A stretch of 64,000 bases of DNA from an uncultured virus (IMG/VR IMGVR_UViG_3300037466_000868). Taxonomy: Duplodnaviria; Heunggongvirae; Uroviricota; Caudoviricetes. The translations under genes and the position numbers were made by a program. Location of the stretch: IMG/VR virus record IMGVR_UViG_3300037466_000868; one strand, written 5' to 3'. Under the pieces are notes generated by a model. It did no database searches, was not told where the DNA came from, and worked only from the letters and a program-made list of their open reading frames with translations. Below, in pieces: positions 46,616 to 57,072 of the stretch (position 1 is its first letter; every line of letters starts with the position of its first letter).

Positions 46616-49189
46616 GTGCCAATCTTTAGCGGCATCATCGCGGCTGCGTCGGCGGCGATATCGTCTTTCTTCACCGTTGCCGGCATTGCCACGGCCGCGT
46701 TGCAGATGGCGGCCGGTATCGGGCTGTCGTACATCGCCGCCGCGATCAAGGGAAAGCCGACGCAGGAAAAGGTCGGCATCCAGGGCAAGTTGGCAGGCGG
46801 CGGCGATACGCCCCGCTCGATCATGCTGGGCCTCTACAACACCGCCGGATCGCTGGTCTATCGCAACACCTATGGGCAATCGGGCGAGACGCCGAATGCA
46901 TTTTATGTGGAGGTGAGGGCGCTAGACGACCTTCCCGATGGTGGAATAATCGACGTCTGGGTGGATGGTGAAAAGGTCGATCTTGTTGCCGGCGACTACG
47001 GCTTGACCTCCACCAAGCACATCAAATACGGAACCAAATGGGGCGATCTCCAGCATCTGTGGTTCCAGTTTTATGACGGGACGCAGACGACGGCGGACTC
47101 GCGCCTCGTAAGCTGGTTTGGCGGCTCGGCTCGTCCGTGGGGCAGCGATCGTATCGGTAAAGGCGTTCCATACGTCATCATCACGGCGTTGCGTGACGAT
47201 CTCGAAACCGAGAATCCGCTCTTCAACGGATTCCCGAACTGCAAATTCACGCGGGCAGGCGTTCCGCTTTACGACCCGTCTAAAGATGACGCGGTCGGCG
47301 GTTCGGGCGCGCATCGCTACGACGATCCTTCGACTTGGGGGGGCGACGGCGACGATCTGCCAGTCGTCCAGATTTATAACATCCTGCGAGGGTTCACCTA
47401 CAACGGGCAATGGCTGTATGGTTTGCAGGCTGCAAGCCCGGCGATCTTGCCGGCCGCGAACTGGATTGCGGCCATCAATAAGTGCCGCGCACTGGCGGAC
47501 GGCCCGGATGGATCGGAGGCGCAGTATCGTTCGGGCATTCAGGTTAACGTCAACGTCGCGCCGGCCGACGCGATCGAATCCCTGCTCAAGACCTGCAACG
47601 GCCGCCTGACGGAGGTTGGCGGCGTCTACACCATCCACGTCGGCGAGCCCGATACGCCTGTTCTGTCGTTCTCGGATGCTGATATCCTTTCGACCGAGGA
47701 GCAATCCCACCAGCCGTTCCGCTCGCTCGCCGACAGCATTAACGGCGTCGTCGCCAAATATCCCGAGCCGCTTGAGGGCTGGAACGTCAAGACGTCGCCG
47801 GTCACGAAGAACCCAGCGCAGATCGTTCGCGATGGTGGTCGCGAACTGTTCGCGGACGTCGACCTTTCGGCTTGTCCGTATCACGGTCAGGTGCAGCGTC
47901 TTCTTAAGAGCGCGATGCTGGAAGCGCTTCGTGAGCGCCGACATACCATCGTGCTGCCGCCTTGGGCGCAGGTGCTTGAGCCGGGTGACATCGTCCAGTG
48001 GTCGAGCGAGCGCAACGGGTACGTCGAAAAGTGGTTCCGCATCGACGGCATGGCCTATAAGGCCAACCTTGATGTCATGCTACAGATCACGGAAGTTGAT
48101 CCGTCCGATTACGATTGGGACCAATCGGCGGACTACGTCGCGCCCGTTTTCTCGCCGATGGAGATCATTCGGCCGGCGCCGCAGCCGATGGTTACGTGGA
48201 ATGCGGAGGGTATGGTTGAAACTGCGCCAGACGGGCGTAGACGTGTCTACGTTCTGCTGACTTGGGACGGCAATAAGCGGGACATTAACGGTGTCTCGTA
48301 CCAGATCGCCAAGACGGCCGACGAAAGCACCGTAATCCTGCGCGAGAACAGCGATGGCGCGGATATCGGCTCGATCAAGGTCTACTCGCAAGGGATGCTG
48401 CCGGGAACGACTGTTTACGCGCGGGGCCGGTACATCCCGACGTCGCCGCGCGCGACTGATTGGTCAGACTGGCGGCCCGCCTTCCTGCCTGATGTACGTT
48501 GGGGTGTTCTTGATTTTAACGAGTCGCTTAAGGCCGAGATCAACGAATTAAACCAGAAGGCCGAGGACGCCTTCAATTATTCTGACGCGCTAATCACGTC
48601 GATCTCCGACAATCAGGACTCTGCGGACTGGTTGAGTCGAGATGAGAACCGTAGCCAATTGCAGGCGGTCAGTGGGCGGCTTCAGTCCAACATCACGCAC
48701 GTCGAAACCGTCGCGGCGAGTGCGACGGCGGCGTTGGCCGAAACTGTCGATACCGTATCGGCTTCGGTTGACGATAACACGGCTGCGATCACGACGACAC
48801 AGACCGCCGTTGGCAACATCGAAGGACAACTAGCGCTCTCGTACAGCGTCAAACTGGACGTTAACGGCTATATCATCGGCTATCAGCAGACCAACGGAGG
48901 CCCAGGTACAGGCACGACGATATTTACGACCGACTTCTTCCAGATCGTGGGGACAGGTGCGTCACCGAAAAAACCATTCACAGTCGGAACAGTGAACGGC
49001 GCGACGTCGATTGGCATCAATGCCGATAACGTGCTGATCGACGCGAGTGTGAAGGTGCGCCACTTGGACGTGGCGGAGTTGAGTGCGATTGCAGCGAACA
49101 TCGGACTCGTGACGGCTGGAAAAATCCAGAGCACAGATGGGAAAACATTCTGGGATCTGGATAACGGCTATATGCTGGGTTCTGACTGA
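46616..49189 (+). CDS. Tail tip / central fibre protein (J-like C-terminus)
   Basis: YDP.KD; LEPGD; C-terminal coiled coil and VKLD.NG...G. Confidence 0.88.
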   Translation: MPIFSGIIAAASAAISSFFTVAGIATAALQMAAGIGLSYIAAAIKGKPTQEKVGIQGKLAGGGDTPRSIMLGLYNTAGSLVYRNTYGQSGETPNAFYVEVRALDDLPDGGIIDVWVDGEKVDLVAGDYGLTSTKHIKYGTKWGDLQHLWFQFYDGTQTTADSRLVSWFGGSARPWGSDRIGKGVPYVIITALRDDLETENPLFNGFPNCKFTRAGVPLYDPSKDDAVGGSGAHRYDDPSTWGGDGDDLPVVQIYNILRGFTYNGQWLYGLQAASPAILPAANWIAAINKCRALADGPDGSEAQYRSGIQVNVNVAPADAIESLLKTCNGRLTEVGGVYTIHVGEPDTPVLSFSDADILSTEEQSHQPFRSLADSINGVVAKYPEPLEGWNVKTSPVTKNPAQIVRDGGRELFADVDLSACPYHGQVQRLLKSAMLEALRERRHTIVLPPWAQVLEPGDIVQWSSERNGYVEKWFRIDGMAYKANLDVMLQITEVDPSDYDWDQSADYVAPVFSPMEIIRPAPQPMVTWNAEGMVETAPDGRRRVYVLLTWDGNKRDINGVSYQIAKTADESTVILRENSDGADIGSIKVYSQGMLPGTTVYARGRYIPTSPRATDWSDWRPAFLPDVRWGVLDFNESLKAEINELNQKAEDAFNYSDALITSISDNQDSADWLSRDENRSQLQAVSGRLQSNITHVETVAASATAALAETVDTVSASVDDNTAAITTTQTAVGNIEGQLALSYSVKLDVNGYIIGYQQTNGGPGTGTTIFTTDFFQIVGTGASPKKPFTVGTVNGATSIGINADNVLIDASVKVRHLDVAELSAIAANIGLVTAGKIQSTDGKTFWDLDNGYMLGSD

Positions 49190-49629
49190 TGGCACGCGTT
49201 GCCTATGGAAACGTGCCCGGTCTTGGCCAGGTGCTTCGCGTATCAAAGCCGCCATACGACGTCGTTGGTGAAGCCTACGGTTCTGCAAACATCTCGTTCG
49301 ATTCGCGCCTGCCTTACCTCGGTGCGGCGGTTTCGAGCGGTTTGATCCAATGCGGGGGAGCACCCGTTTACTTTGATACTCTGCCTTACGTGCCGCTGGT
49401 TCAGATCAAGCGGTGGGACGGAAGCTATCTGCAAGGTTCTGACGGCACTTTCAGGATGCCAGATCCGAGTGGATTGATCGCTGACGGACGAACGTGGATT
49501 CCCGCCATCGGAATCGTCACATCGTCAAGCCTTAGCGTGGTTGCTTATACGAACCCGTTCTATTCGACGACGAGTTACTACAACCCGAACGGAACTTATT
49601 ACCACTACATCGTCTGGGCGATAGGCTGA
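49189..49629 (+). CDS. Minor tail protein
   Basis: VSKPPYDV...FDS. Confidence 0.7.
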   Translation: MARVAYGNVPGLGQVLRVSKPPYDVVGEAYGSANISFDSRLPYLGAAVSSGLIQCGGAPVYFDTLPYVPLVQIKRWDGSYLQGSDGTFRMPDPSGLIADGRTWIPAIGIVTSSSLSVVAYTNPFYSTTSYYNPNGTYYHYIVWAIG

Positions 49630-50078
49630 TGACTTGGCAGACGCAGTTTGGTAAGCGCGGATCGGTTTTCGGCTGTTGGATCGCGAAGCCGGGCTATGAC
49701 GTCACCACGACGTCCAGCGGCAACATGCTTTTCGACACGTCGAAACTCGGAATGCAGCCATTACAATCTGGCCCGGTCCTACTCTATGGGCATGGTGAGG
49801 GTGGCACCGGTAACATTATCAAGACAGTCTCTCTGTCGGTCGGCGGGGCATCACGGCTCGCTGTTGGATTTGAGATATCTTACCAATTCCTGGCGGCGAT
49901 CCCGTCGCCATTTACCACAGAGCAGGTTTACGACGGGATGACGCAGCTTGACGATCTTCAGGCGGTCGTGTCGGGCGGCTCTCTCTATCTGAATTACGTT
50001 AATCCACCACGCAGTTGGTCTGACACGTACACCATCGACATTTGGGCGTTCTACTCCGTGCTCAGAGCGAGGTACTGA
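49629..50078 (+). CDS. Minor tail protein
   Basis: IAKPGYDV...FDT. Confidence 0.7.
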   Translation: MTWQTQFGKRGSVFGCWIAKPGYDVTTTSSGNMLFDTSKLGMQPLQSGPVLLYGHGEGGTGNIIKTVSLSVGGASRLAVGFEISYQFLAAIPSPFTTEQVYDGMTQLDDLQAVVSGGSLYLNYVNPPRSWSDTYTIDIWAFYSVLRARY

Positions 50079-50677
50079 TGTCTACAGACCGTTGGATACT
50101 GTTCAAGCATCCCGTCACTGGCGTCCAAGGGTTCTTTGTTTCCAATCCTGGCGTTGATGTTAAGAGCGCTGGGGCATTGGACCTTGCTTTCTCCACGGAT
50201 GTAGCAATTCCACGCCTCGTGGCCTTCGGCAGCGTCGTCGCATACCCACTAAGCGGTTGGGCTCCAAACGACACCGACATCCCCCAGATTCCCGGCGCTA
50301 AGGCGACAACGACGTCAGTTTATTATGGGTCGACGGTCGCGGCACCATATGTCGCAGCAATCGCAAGCGCGTCGTCGTGGCCGGTGCCAACTTACGATAT
50401 GGCTGCTCAACTGAGTTATCTGAACAATGCTTGGCACACCTACATCTGCGAGAGGCCGAAGGACCAGACGGGCAATACGGCGAATACCGATCCGACTTAC
50501 GGTTCACACGGTATCCGGCGATCAACTCGAACGGCACCAAACCTTCAAAAAGGCGATACGGATTTCACGTTCGCGTCGGCTCGCTTCGTTCCGCGCATAT
50601 TCTCGGATCACGTCGAGTTCATCACCAATTGCTACAACCCCGTGACCATCAAGTATCTCATCTTGGAGCCTCGATAA
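50078..50677 (+). CDS. Minor tail protein
   Basis: VSNPGVDV...FST. Confidence 0.7.
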   Translation: MSTDRWILFKHPVTGVQGFFVSNPGVDVKSAGALDLAFSTDVAIPRLVAFGSVVAYPLSGWAPNDTDIPQIPGAKATTTSVYYGSTVAAPYVAAIASASSWPVPTYDMAAQLSYLNNAWHTYICERPKDQTGNTANTDPTYGSHGIRRSTRTAPNLQKGDTDFTFASARFVPRIFSDHVEFITNCYNPVTIKYLILEPR

Positions 50678-51096
50678 TGTACGTCGTCTATAATGATACA
50701 GGCGCGATCACTCAAACGATTCTCGGGCCAGATGAAAGTTATGGTCCGACCGTGCTAGATGCTCACAACCAAAAATGGCTATTCGTATCACAGCGTTCGA
50801 TGATCGATCCGCATCAGTTTTATGTAGATACCGCAACGAAGACGTTGATCGAAAAGCGGCCCATGGCGCTCACGGTCGATAAGGTTGAGATCGCAGCGGA
50901 CGGGAACGATGTCGCGACGGTTGGCGGCATCCCCGAAGGGGCGGCTATCTCGATCCTATGCGAAGGCAAGCCGCAGTTTGCCAACGTCATCGGTAAGGAG
51001 ACGCTGGAAATTACGTCGATGTCACCCGCAACATACTTCGTGTCGGCTACCTGCGTCGGCTACCTGCCGGCCAGCCTGACTGTGGTGGCTAAATGA
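50677..51096 (+). CDS. Tail-associated hypothetical protein
   Basis: MYVVYNDTGAI start, coupled. Confidence 0.65.
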   Translation: MYVVYNDTGAITQTILGPDESYGPTVLDAHNQKWLFVSQRSMIDPHQFYVDTATKTLIEKRPMALTVDKVEIAADGNDVATVGGIPEGAAISILCEGKPQFANVIGKETLEITSMSPATYFVSATCVGYLPASLTVVAK

Positions 51097-51446
51097 GAGT
51101 TGCACTCGATCCGTTCCCGCAGCGGAAGACGGATGCCATCGCCGCGGTTAACGCGCATTTCGTAGCGCTGGGCGCTTCGGTGGCAATGCAGGAATCCGCA
51201 TGGACGCGCAAGCGCCAAATAGCGCAGGCGGTGAAGGCTGGCGGCTTCGGCAGCGCATTGGCGCAAGAGGCCGCTTTGCGCGGCATGACTGTGCCGGCGC
51301 TTGCAGACCTGATCCTCTCCAAACCTGACCCGGCAACATTCGCCGACGCGCGCGAGCTCCAGCGTCAGACGACGCTTTTGGCGATCGACGCCGCCAAAAC
51401 TCCAGCTGATCTTGACGCAATCTTGGCGTCATTGCCGCGGGCTTAG
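51093..51446 (+). CDS. Tail fibre assembly-like protein
   Basis: L..EA..RG.T...LA..I; IDAA.T..DL. Confidence 0.65.
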   Translation: MRVALDPFPQRKTDAIAAVNAHFVALGASVAMQESAWTRKRQIAQAVKAGGFGSALAQEAALRGMTVPALADLILSKPDPATFADARELQRQTTLLAIDAAKTPADLDAILASLPRA

Positions 51447-51549
51447 TCGTCCGCCTTAGCCGCTCATCCGCAAACCAACAACCAATAACCATCGCCGCCG
51501 CGTGCCGCGCACGCGGTCTGCTGCGCATATCGACGGGGCACGCTTGTAA

Positions 51550-54363
51550 ATGACCGACTTTCCTTCCTACGCCTACGGCACTGTTACGATTGAGGCCGGC
51601 GGCACCGTCATCACCGGAACGGACACAAACTGGTCAGGCGTGAATGCCCGTGCCGGCGATGATTTTAAGGTGTACGGTCATACGGTCGATATAGTCGATG
51701 TGATCGACGAAACGCATCTAAAAATCGACGCTTGGCCTTACGATGCTGTCACCGATGCGGAATACAAGATCATCCAGCGGTCGCCGCTGCGGTTTGTTGG
51801 CGGTGTCGCGCGCGCCGATCTGACGACGTTGCTTTCTACGCTCAAGGCCAAAGGGCTACTCTGGTATCTGCCGGACGGATTGACCGAGCCTAACGATGCC
51901 AAGCCACCACTGACAGCGGATGAAAATCAAGGCATTCTCGACATCACCACGAAGCAGTTATGGGTGATGCAGGGCGGCGCGTGGGTGTCGGCTGGATCAT
52001 TCTCTGGGTTCGGCAGTCCGCAAGACTACAATGCTGGCACGACTTACCATCCGCTCGACATCGTCATCAAGGACGGCACCGTCTATGTTGTCAAAGCCAC
52101 AACGACTGGCAATGCGCCGCCAAATGCAACTTACTACGGCGTAATTGCGCCTGCTGGCGTGGCCGCTACCGTTGACGTTGGAGCCACGACGACGCTTGCT
52201 CCAGGTGCCAGCGCAACAGTCACTCCGTCCGGCACGTCGAATGCGCGAATCCTCAACTTCGGCATTCCCACCGGTAAGGGCTACGGTGGCACGTCAACGA
52301 CGTCAATGACGATCGGTACGGGCAACCAGGCGTTAGACCTTCAAGCGGGGCTTGCCTTCGTGGTTGGCGACCGCGTTCATATCGGCGCTGTCGGCAATGA
52401 ATTGAACTGGATGGAGGGGTTTGTCACCGCATATAGCGGCACGTCAATGACGGTTGCTGTCAGCGACGTTGGCGGTTCTGGCACGTATACCTCATGGGGC
52501 ATCGGCCTTACTGGTAAGCCTGGCGCGGGCGACGGTGATATGAAGGGTGCGAATAACCTTTCCGACCTGTCTGACATTCCGGTCGCGCGCGCTAACCTTT
52601 TGGGACGCGCTATTCCTCTAATCACCGATTTCGGAGATGTCGACGATAGCGGTACGGAAGATGCGGCATCCGCCTTCCGATGGGCGCGTGACGAGTTGCC
52701 GAACGGTTCGACGGTTTGCATCCCGAACGGGGAATGGTTACTTGATAGCATCGCCAGTGGCGAGGCTGATATCATCCCTTTCACGGGTGGCAACGGAAAT
52801 AAATCAATCTCTTTTGAAGGTATGGGCTGGCAGATCAAAACAGGCACTGTTCCGGGTCAACCTTACGCCAAACCGACCGGCTCGATTCTGAAAATTGGTT
52901 CGTCTATTCCTGATACAGCCAATGTATTCCGATGGGCCGGTACCGATCATCTGGATCGGTTGTCTTTTCGGAATTTCGCGATCATTCCGTATAACGGCGC
53001 GCTGGGTACACCGAAAGGGAAGAACGGAATTTTCATTGACGCCACAGGTAACGATGATTTTCTCGTTTCTCATTTGTCGTGCGAGAATGTCTATATCGAC
53101 AATATGGCTACAGGGGTGTCGTTTCGGTCTAAAGCGGAGTTGACAAGTAACAGCGGAGGCTTGGCTTACTCTGTCATCCGTGACAGCCGCCTAATGTGTA
53201 TCGCGCTCGAATACGTTGGCGACAGTATGAAGGTCGAGCATAACGTCATCGGCTACAATTGCACTTCCGACAATCCTGGCATTTACGCCCACAACATTAC
53301 CGGCGCCGCTGGATTCACGGAACGCGATAACAATATTGCCAACACATATGGGCCTCTGGTCGTCTTCGATGGCGGCACTTCTCCAGTATTCGATAATGAA
53401 GAACTCGAATATGGGAACGGTTTAGTAAACCGCCACGGGACTCTTCTACATCTGCGCGGCGGGGCCTCCATCATCTATGGTGCTACTGTTCTTGGTGGAA
53501 CACATTCACAGAACAATACACGCAGCAAAATTCGTCCCTTATTGATCGATAACGCGGCCCACACGAAGATCATTGCGCCTCGTATCAACCAAGGCGCTTA
53601 TTGTTTTGTCGACAATGTCACCCTCGGGTTGGCAATTTCAATTGCATCGCCATGCGTTGTGACGTGGCCCTATCACGGATTTGACGCGGGGGACCAATTC
53701 TCGATATCCACCACAGGGGTGCTACCAACAGGGCTTCCAGCGGGCACCTACTACGTCAAGACCGTTATTGACCAGAATACGTTCACTGTGAGCGCGACGG
53801 TTGGTGGGGCGGCGATCAACACGTCCGGTACGCAGTCCGGCGCTCATACCGCCGTCGTGCCCCAAGCAAAACATATAGTCGTGGGGGCCACGGCTGTTAG
53901 CACCAGGATTTTCGAGCCGACCGCGATGGATGGCGGTACGCTATACACCAACCCCGACAGTTATCTATCTGACAAAGGAACAGACACGCGCGTTGTTAAT
54001 AGCGTCGAGGGTGTCTGGACGCCCACCGTAACACCGTCATCCGGAGCGCTTGGTGCGTACACGGCGGTCGGAAAATTCATCAACGACGGCAAATGGACCC
54101 GATGGGAAGCGTCAATCACCATTACAGATAACGGCACCGCTCCTGCGGCTGGTACTGCCGCTGGTTCGATGGGAGTTTCTCTCCCTTATGCAACGGGCGT
54201 TATCAGTACGGCCTCCGGGGCTGAAACCACCATAAGCGGATTAGCGGTTAAAGGTTTTCAATATTCCCCTGGCGCAATAATGAATGTCAATCGATACGAT
54301 AATTCGTATCCAGGCGGGACAGGTGCTGTCATCTTGTTGAGTGGACAATACCTGCGGGCGTAG
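51550..54363 (+). CDS. Tail fibre/tailspike with predicted beta-helix domain
   Basis: GTV.....G...TGT.T.W anchor; DFG...G..D...AF...V.IP.G entry motif; G.WTP C-terminal module. Confidence 0.85.
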   Translation: MTDFPSYAYGTVTIEAGGTVITGTDTNWSGVNARAGDDFKVYGHTVDIVDVIDETHLKIDAWPYDAVTDAEYKIIQRSPLRFVGGVARADLTTLLSTLKAKGLLWYLPDGLTEPNDAKPPLTADENQGILDITTKQLWVMQGGAWVSAGSFSGFGSPQDYNAGTTYHPLDIVIKDGTVYVVKATTTGNAPPNATYYGVIAPAGVAATVDVGATTTLAPGASATVTPSGTSNARILNFGIPTGKGYGGTSTTSMTIGTGNQALDLQAGLAFVVGDRVHIGAVGNELNWMEGFVTAYSGTSMTVAVSDVGGSGTYTSWGIGLTGKPGAGDGDMKGANNLSDLSDIPVARANLLGRAIPLITDFGDVDDSGTEDAASAFRWARDELPNGSTVCIPNGEWLLDSIASGEADIIPFTGGNGNKSISFEGMGWQIKTGTVPGQPYAKPTGSILKIGSSIPDTANVFRWAGTDHLDRLSFRNFAIIPYNGALGTPKGKNGIFIDATGNDDFLVSHLSCENVYIDNMATGVSFRSKAELTSNSGGLAYSVIRDSRLMCIALEYVGDSMKVEHNVIGYNCTSDNPGIYAHNITGAAGFTERDNNIANTYGPLVVFDGGTSPVFDNEELEYGNGLVNRHGTLLHLRGGASIIYGATVLGGTHSQNNTRSKIRPLLIDNAAHTKIIAPRINQGAYCFVDNVTLGLAISIASPCVVTWPYHGFDAGDQFSISTTGVLPTGLPAGTYYVKTVIDQNTFTVSATVGGAAINTSGTQSGAHTAVVPQAKHIVVGATAVSTRIFEPTAMDGGTLYTNPDSYLSDKGTDTRVVNSVEGVWTPTVTPSSGALGAYTAVGKFINDGKWTRWEASITITDNGTAPAAGTAAGSMGVSLPYATGVISTASGAETTISGLAVKGFQYSPGAIMNVNRYDNSYPGGTGAVILLSGQYLRA

Positions 54364-54385
54364 CCACTCGCCTTTCCGAGCCGCG

Positions 54386-55693
54386 CTACTTCTCGCACTT
54401 CCCGAGCGGGCGACGGTCCTTTCTCTCGAAAACTGGTATTTGTTCGATAGTGGAGGCCGGGGAGATCAGGGAGGCTGTCGGCTGGACTGATATCGTGTTC
54501 AGGCGTGGGTTGACGTTGACGGCAAGTGGGCATCCATCGCGCGCGCAGATTGTGTTGTAGGTACGTTCAAATCCATATCCCTCATCGCCCATAAGTTTCG
54601 CCTGCAAAATCGTATGATACGGCAGGAAGGGGAAGTAATCCGGCTTGTGTAACTGGACGCCAAGGCCGGCGATTCCAGCGATACCAACGCCTGCGACGAC
54701 CGCTTGCCGAACTCGCAATCGGTAGATGGACAGCACGTCAGCACGCAAAGCGGCGGCGGTCTGCCAAGGCAGCGCCACAGCCATGATCCGCGTCCAGAAT
54801 GTAGGATAGTGCGATAGCATCAGATGCGCGGCGAGCATGTAAAGTGTCAGAGCGAATCCTATTTTAATAAAGGGGTCGTCATTGCGCTGCTTAAAGAGTG
54901 CGGTGAGGATGATGCTATGCCAAACGATGAGAACCATCGCGCTAATTGAGGCGTTGACCGGCAGATACGTCAGATGGAAGCATAGCTTGTACCGCAGCCA
55001 ATCGGGGGAGAACGGCATAACCGCGCGAATGACCGTGTGAAACAAATTGAGGCCGGTTAGGAGCGAGGCAGCGAATGACGCGACAAAAATCGCTAAGGCA
55101 AACGCGATTATTTTGCCGCTAAATCGTACCCTGTTGATCAGCCACAGCGGCGCGAACATTGCCGACGAGACTTGAATACCAAGAGCGGCAATCATAGGGG
55201 TTGCGCCAGTGAACGTTTTTCGGTTTGCAACAAAGAGTAACCCCAGCAAGACGAATGAACTCGCAAACGCCTGTCGGGTGGTATTCATTTGGACGGTGAC
55301 AACCGCAACGCAGAAGTAGACCAGCCACACGATCGGTTGGGAATTAGGACAAATTCGCTGAACGACGAAGTAGATTGCCCAAACGTTAAAGACGGCGATC
55401 ACGGCAAAGAGGATGTCTACCGACCCGCCGAGGGATTTCGTTAGAATATTAAGCCAAAGAAAAAGCGGCTCAACCTGGAGAACTGGCGCGGGTGGTTGAT
55501 AGCCGAAATGCCATTCCCGTAGATGCGAAAACAACGAGTCGTAGGCGAGCCAATCGTATCCGAGATGGTATCTTAATCCGACAAAAAGCCCAACGATCAC
55601 CGTAGAAGCTATCGCCGCCCACTTTGTGGGGCTGTGCATCGATATCAGGGCCAAAATTAACAGCGCAACGGCAACGACGAGATAAGCAAACAT
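54386..55693 (-). CDS. EpsG/Wzy-like polytopic membrane protein (polysaccharide polymerase or GT-C like)
   Basis: GLRY.LG.DW..Y; EP.F; RQ..A; many TM segments; antisense to late operon. Confidence 0.85.
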   Translation of the reverse strand: MFAYLVVAVALLILALISMHSPTKWAAIASTVIVGLFVGLRYHLGYDWLAYDSLFSHLREWHFGYQPPAPVLQVEPLFLWLNILTKSLGGSVDILFAVIAVFNVWAIYFVVQRICPNSQPIVWLVYFCVAVVTVQMNTTRQAFASSFVLLGLLFVANRKTFTGATPMIAALGIQVSSAMFAPLWLINRVRFSGKIIAFALAIFVASFAASLLTGLNLFHTVIRAVMPFSPDWLRYKLCFHLTYLPVNASISAMVLIVWHSIILTALFKQRNDDPFIKIGFALTLYMLAAHLMLSHYPTFWTRIMAVALPWQTAAALRADVLSIYRLRVRQAVVAGVGIAGIAGLGVQLHKPDYFPFLPYHTILQAKLMGDEGYGFERTYNTICARDGCPLAVNVNPRLNTISVQPTASLISPASTIEQIPVFERKDRRPLGKCEK

Positions 55694-55860
55694 TTTCGAA
55701 TATTCCTGCGCGCGAACCGGCCGCCGCAGCGCTCACTACCACACCTCAAAAGATCAATCCACTACGTTCACAACCACAATGTCCGCCCACCAACCTCCAA
55801 TTCAGAGGACGAGAACCTATGGCCGATGGCGTCCGCGAGCCGACCGAACAAGGAGACCCT

Positions 55861-56088
55861 ATGCCAGAACCGCCCAAAATCCGCCTAATCCCCCGCTGGC
55901 GCACCGAATTAACCAGATTGTGGTCCATGCGGGTGGCCTATTTCTGGATGGCGATGGGGGCTGTGGCTGCCCTATGGATGGGGCTGGCCGGTAGCATACC
56001 AACGCCAATCTTTTTCGGCGTTGGCTTCTTGGTCATCTTTTCGTTCAGCGTTGCCCGTTTTCTTAAGCAACCGGGCACCGACGCATGA
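55861..56088 (+). CDS. Putative holin
   Basis: Two TM helices; W...WSMR; ARF.KQ; directly upstream of endolysin. Confidence 0.72.
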   Translation: MPEPPKIRLIPRWRTELTRLWSMRVAYFWMAMGAVAALWMGLAGSIPTPIFFGVGFLVIFSFSVARFLKQPGTDA

Positions 56089-56561
56089 GGCCGAATGCCA
56101 AAAAAGGCGCTGGCCTTGCGGCTGGCGTGGCACTTGCCGCGGCGTTGTTCGTGATGCCGTGGGAAGGTCTGTACACGAAGCCTTACCGGGATATCGTCGG
56201 CGTGGTGACGGTCTGCTACGGCGAGACGGAGAACGTCCAGAATCGCCGCTATACGCCGCAGGAGTGTCGCGATCTGTTGGCGAAGAAACTGCCCCGTTAC
56301 TACGCGGAGATATCGTCATGTTGGGGGCCTCAGATTGAGACCAAACTAACCGACAACATGCGCGTGGCGTTCGTGTCGGGCGCATACAACTTCGGCTCGG
56401 GCGCGTTCTGCAATTCCAGCATGGTCCGGGCGTTGAAGGCTGGCGACTTTCGCGGAGCTTGCCACGCGCTACGGCTTTACAATCGGGCAGGCGGCAAGGT
56501 GGTGCGTGGGCTGGATAACCGGCGCAAAGCCGAGGAGCGTCTGTGCCTCACCGGCCTCTAG
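56085..56561 (+). CDS. GH24 lysozyme endolysin (SAR-like N-terminus)
   Basis: EG....PY.D..GV.TVCYG.T; YN.G; GL.NRR..E. Confidence 0.95.
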   Translation: MRPNAKKGAGLAAGVALAAALFVMPWEGLYTKPYRDIVGVVTVCYGETENVQNRRYTPQECRDLLAKKLPRYYAEISSCWGPQIETKLTDNMRVAFVSGAYNFGSGAFCNSSMVRALKAGDFRGACHALRLYNRAGGKVVRGLDNRRKAEERLCLTGL

Positions 56562-56608
56562 CACCGTAACAACCGGCGCATCGCGCCACCCCGCAAGTGG
56601 AGGCGCGC

Positions 56609-56686
56609 ATGGTGTTGGGGCCTATCGGGCTGGCTGCGGCCATCATCATAATCATCGTTATCATTGCATCGTGGGGGCCGCGTTAG
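56609..56686 (+). CDS. 25-aa hydrophobic peptide
   Basis: GGAGG RBS; MVLGPIGLAAAIIIIIVIIASWGPR. Confidence 0.55.
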   Translation: MVLGPIGLAAAIIIIIVIIASWGPR

Positions 56687-57072
56687 TGTGGTTGCTGTCG
56701 TACTTGGGCGCGAACTTTGCGCTTGTGTTGGTTGTCGTGCTTGCCGTTGTGGCGCTGGGCGCGGTGGCGTGGTTCGCGAAGAACTGGAAAGTGGCGGTTG
56801 CGGCGGCCTGTGTGCTGGCGGCGGGGCTGGCCTATCAGCAAGTCGACAAGACGGCATATCAGCGGCGCGTAAGCGAGGAAGCCGCGGCGCGCGTTGCCGT
56901 GCTGCAAGGCCGGCTGGATACGCTACAGGCCGTGAACACCGCCGATGCTGAACGGGCCTTAGCGGCCAATGCCAGAATTGCAGAGATGGAAGCGCTGGCC
57001 GCCGAGACGCCGGCCAATAACAACCAGTGCTTGCCGGAAGATGCGGCCAAGCGGGTGGGGGATATTCGATGA
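56686..57072 (+). CDS. Putative i-spanin
   Basis: N-terminal TM, coiled coil, C-terminal Cys. Confidence 0.7.
   Translation: MWLLSYLGANFALVLVVVLAVVALGAVAWFAKNWKVAVAAACVLAAGLAYQQVDKTAYQRRVSEEAAARVAVLQGRLDTLQAVNTADAERALAANARIAEMEALAAETPANNNQCLPEDAAKRVGDIR

Noticed and set aside
46922..47944. Long antisense ORFs (also 35580-36437, 32981-33763, 8989-9765)
   Set aside because: Shadow frames of well-supported genes in GC-rich DNA, with no motifs or RBS
51550..54363. Diversity-generating retroelement or invertible tail fibre
   Set aside because: No reverse transcriptase, template/variable repeat pair or invertase was found
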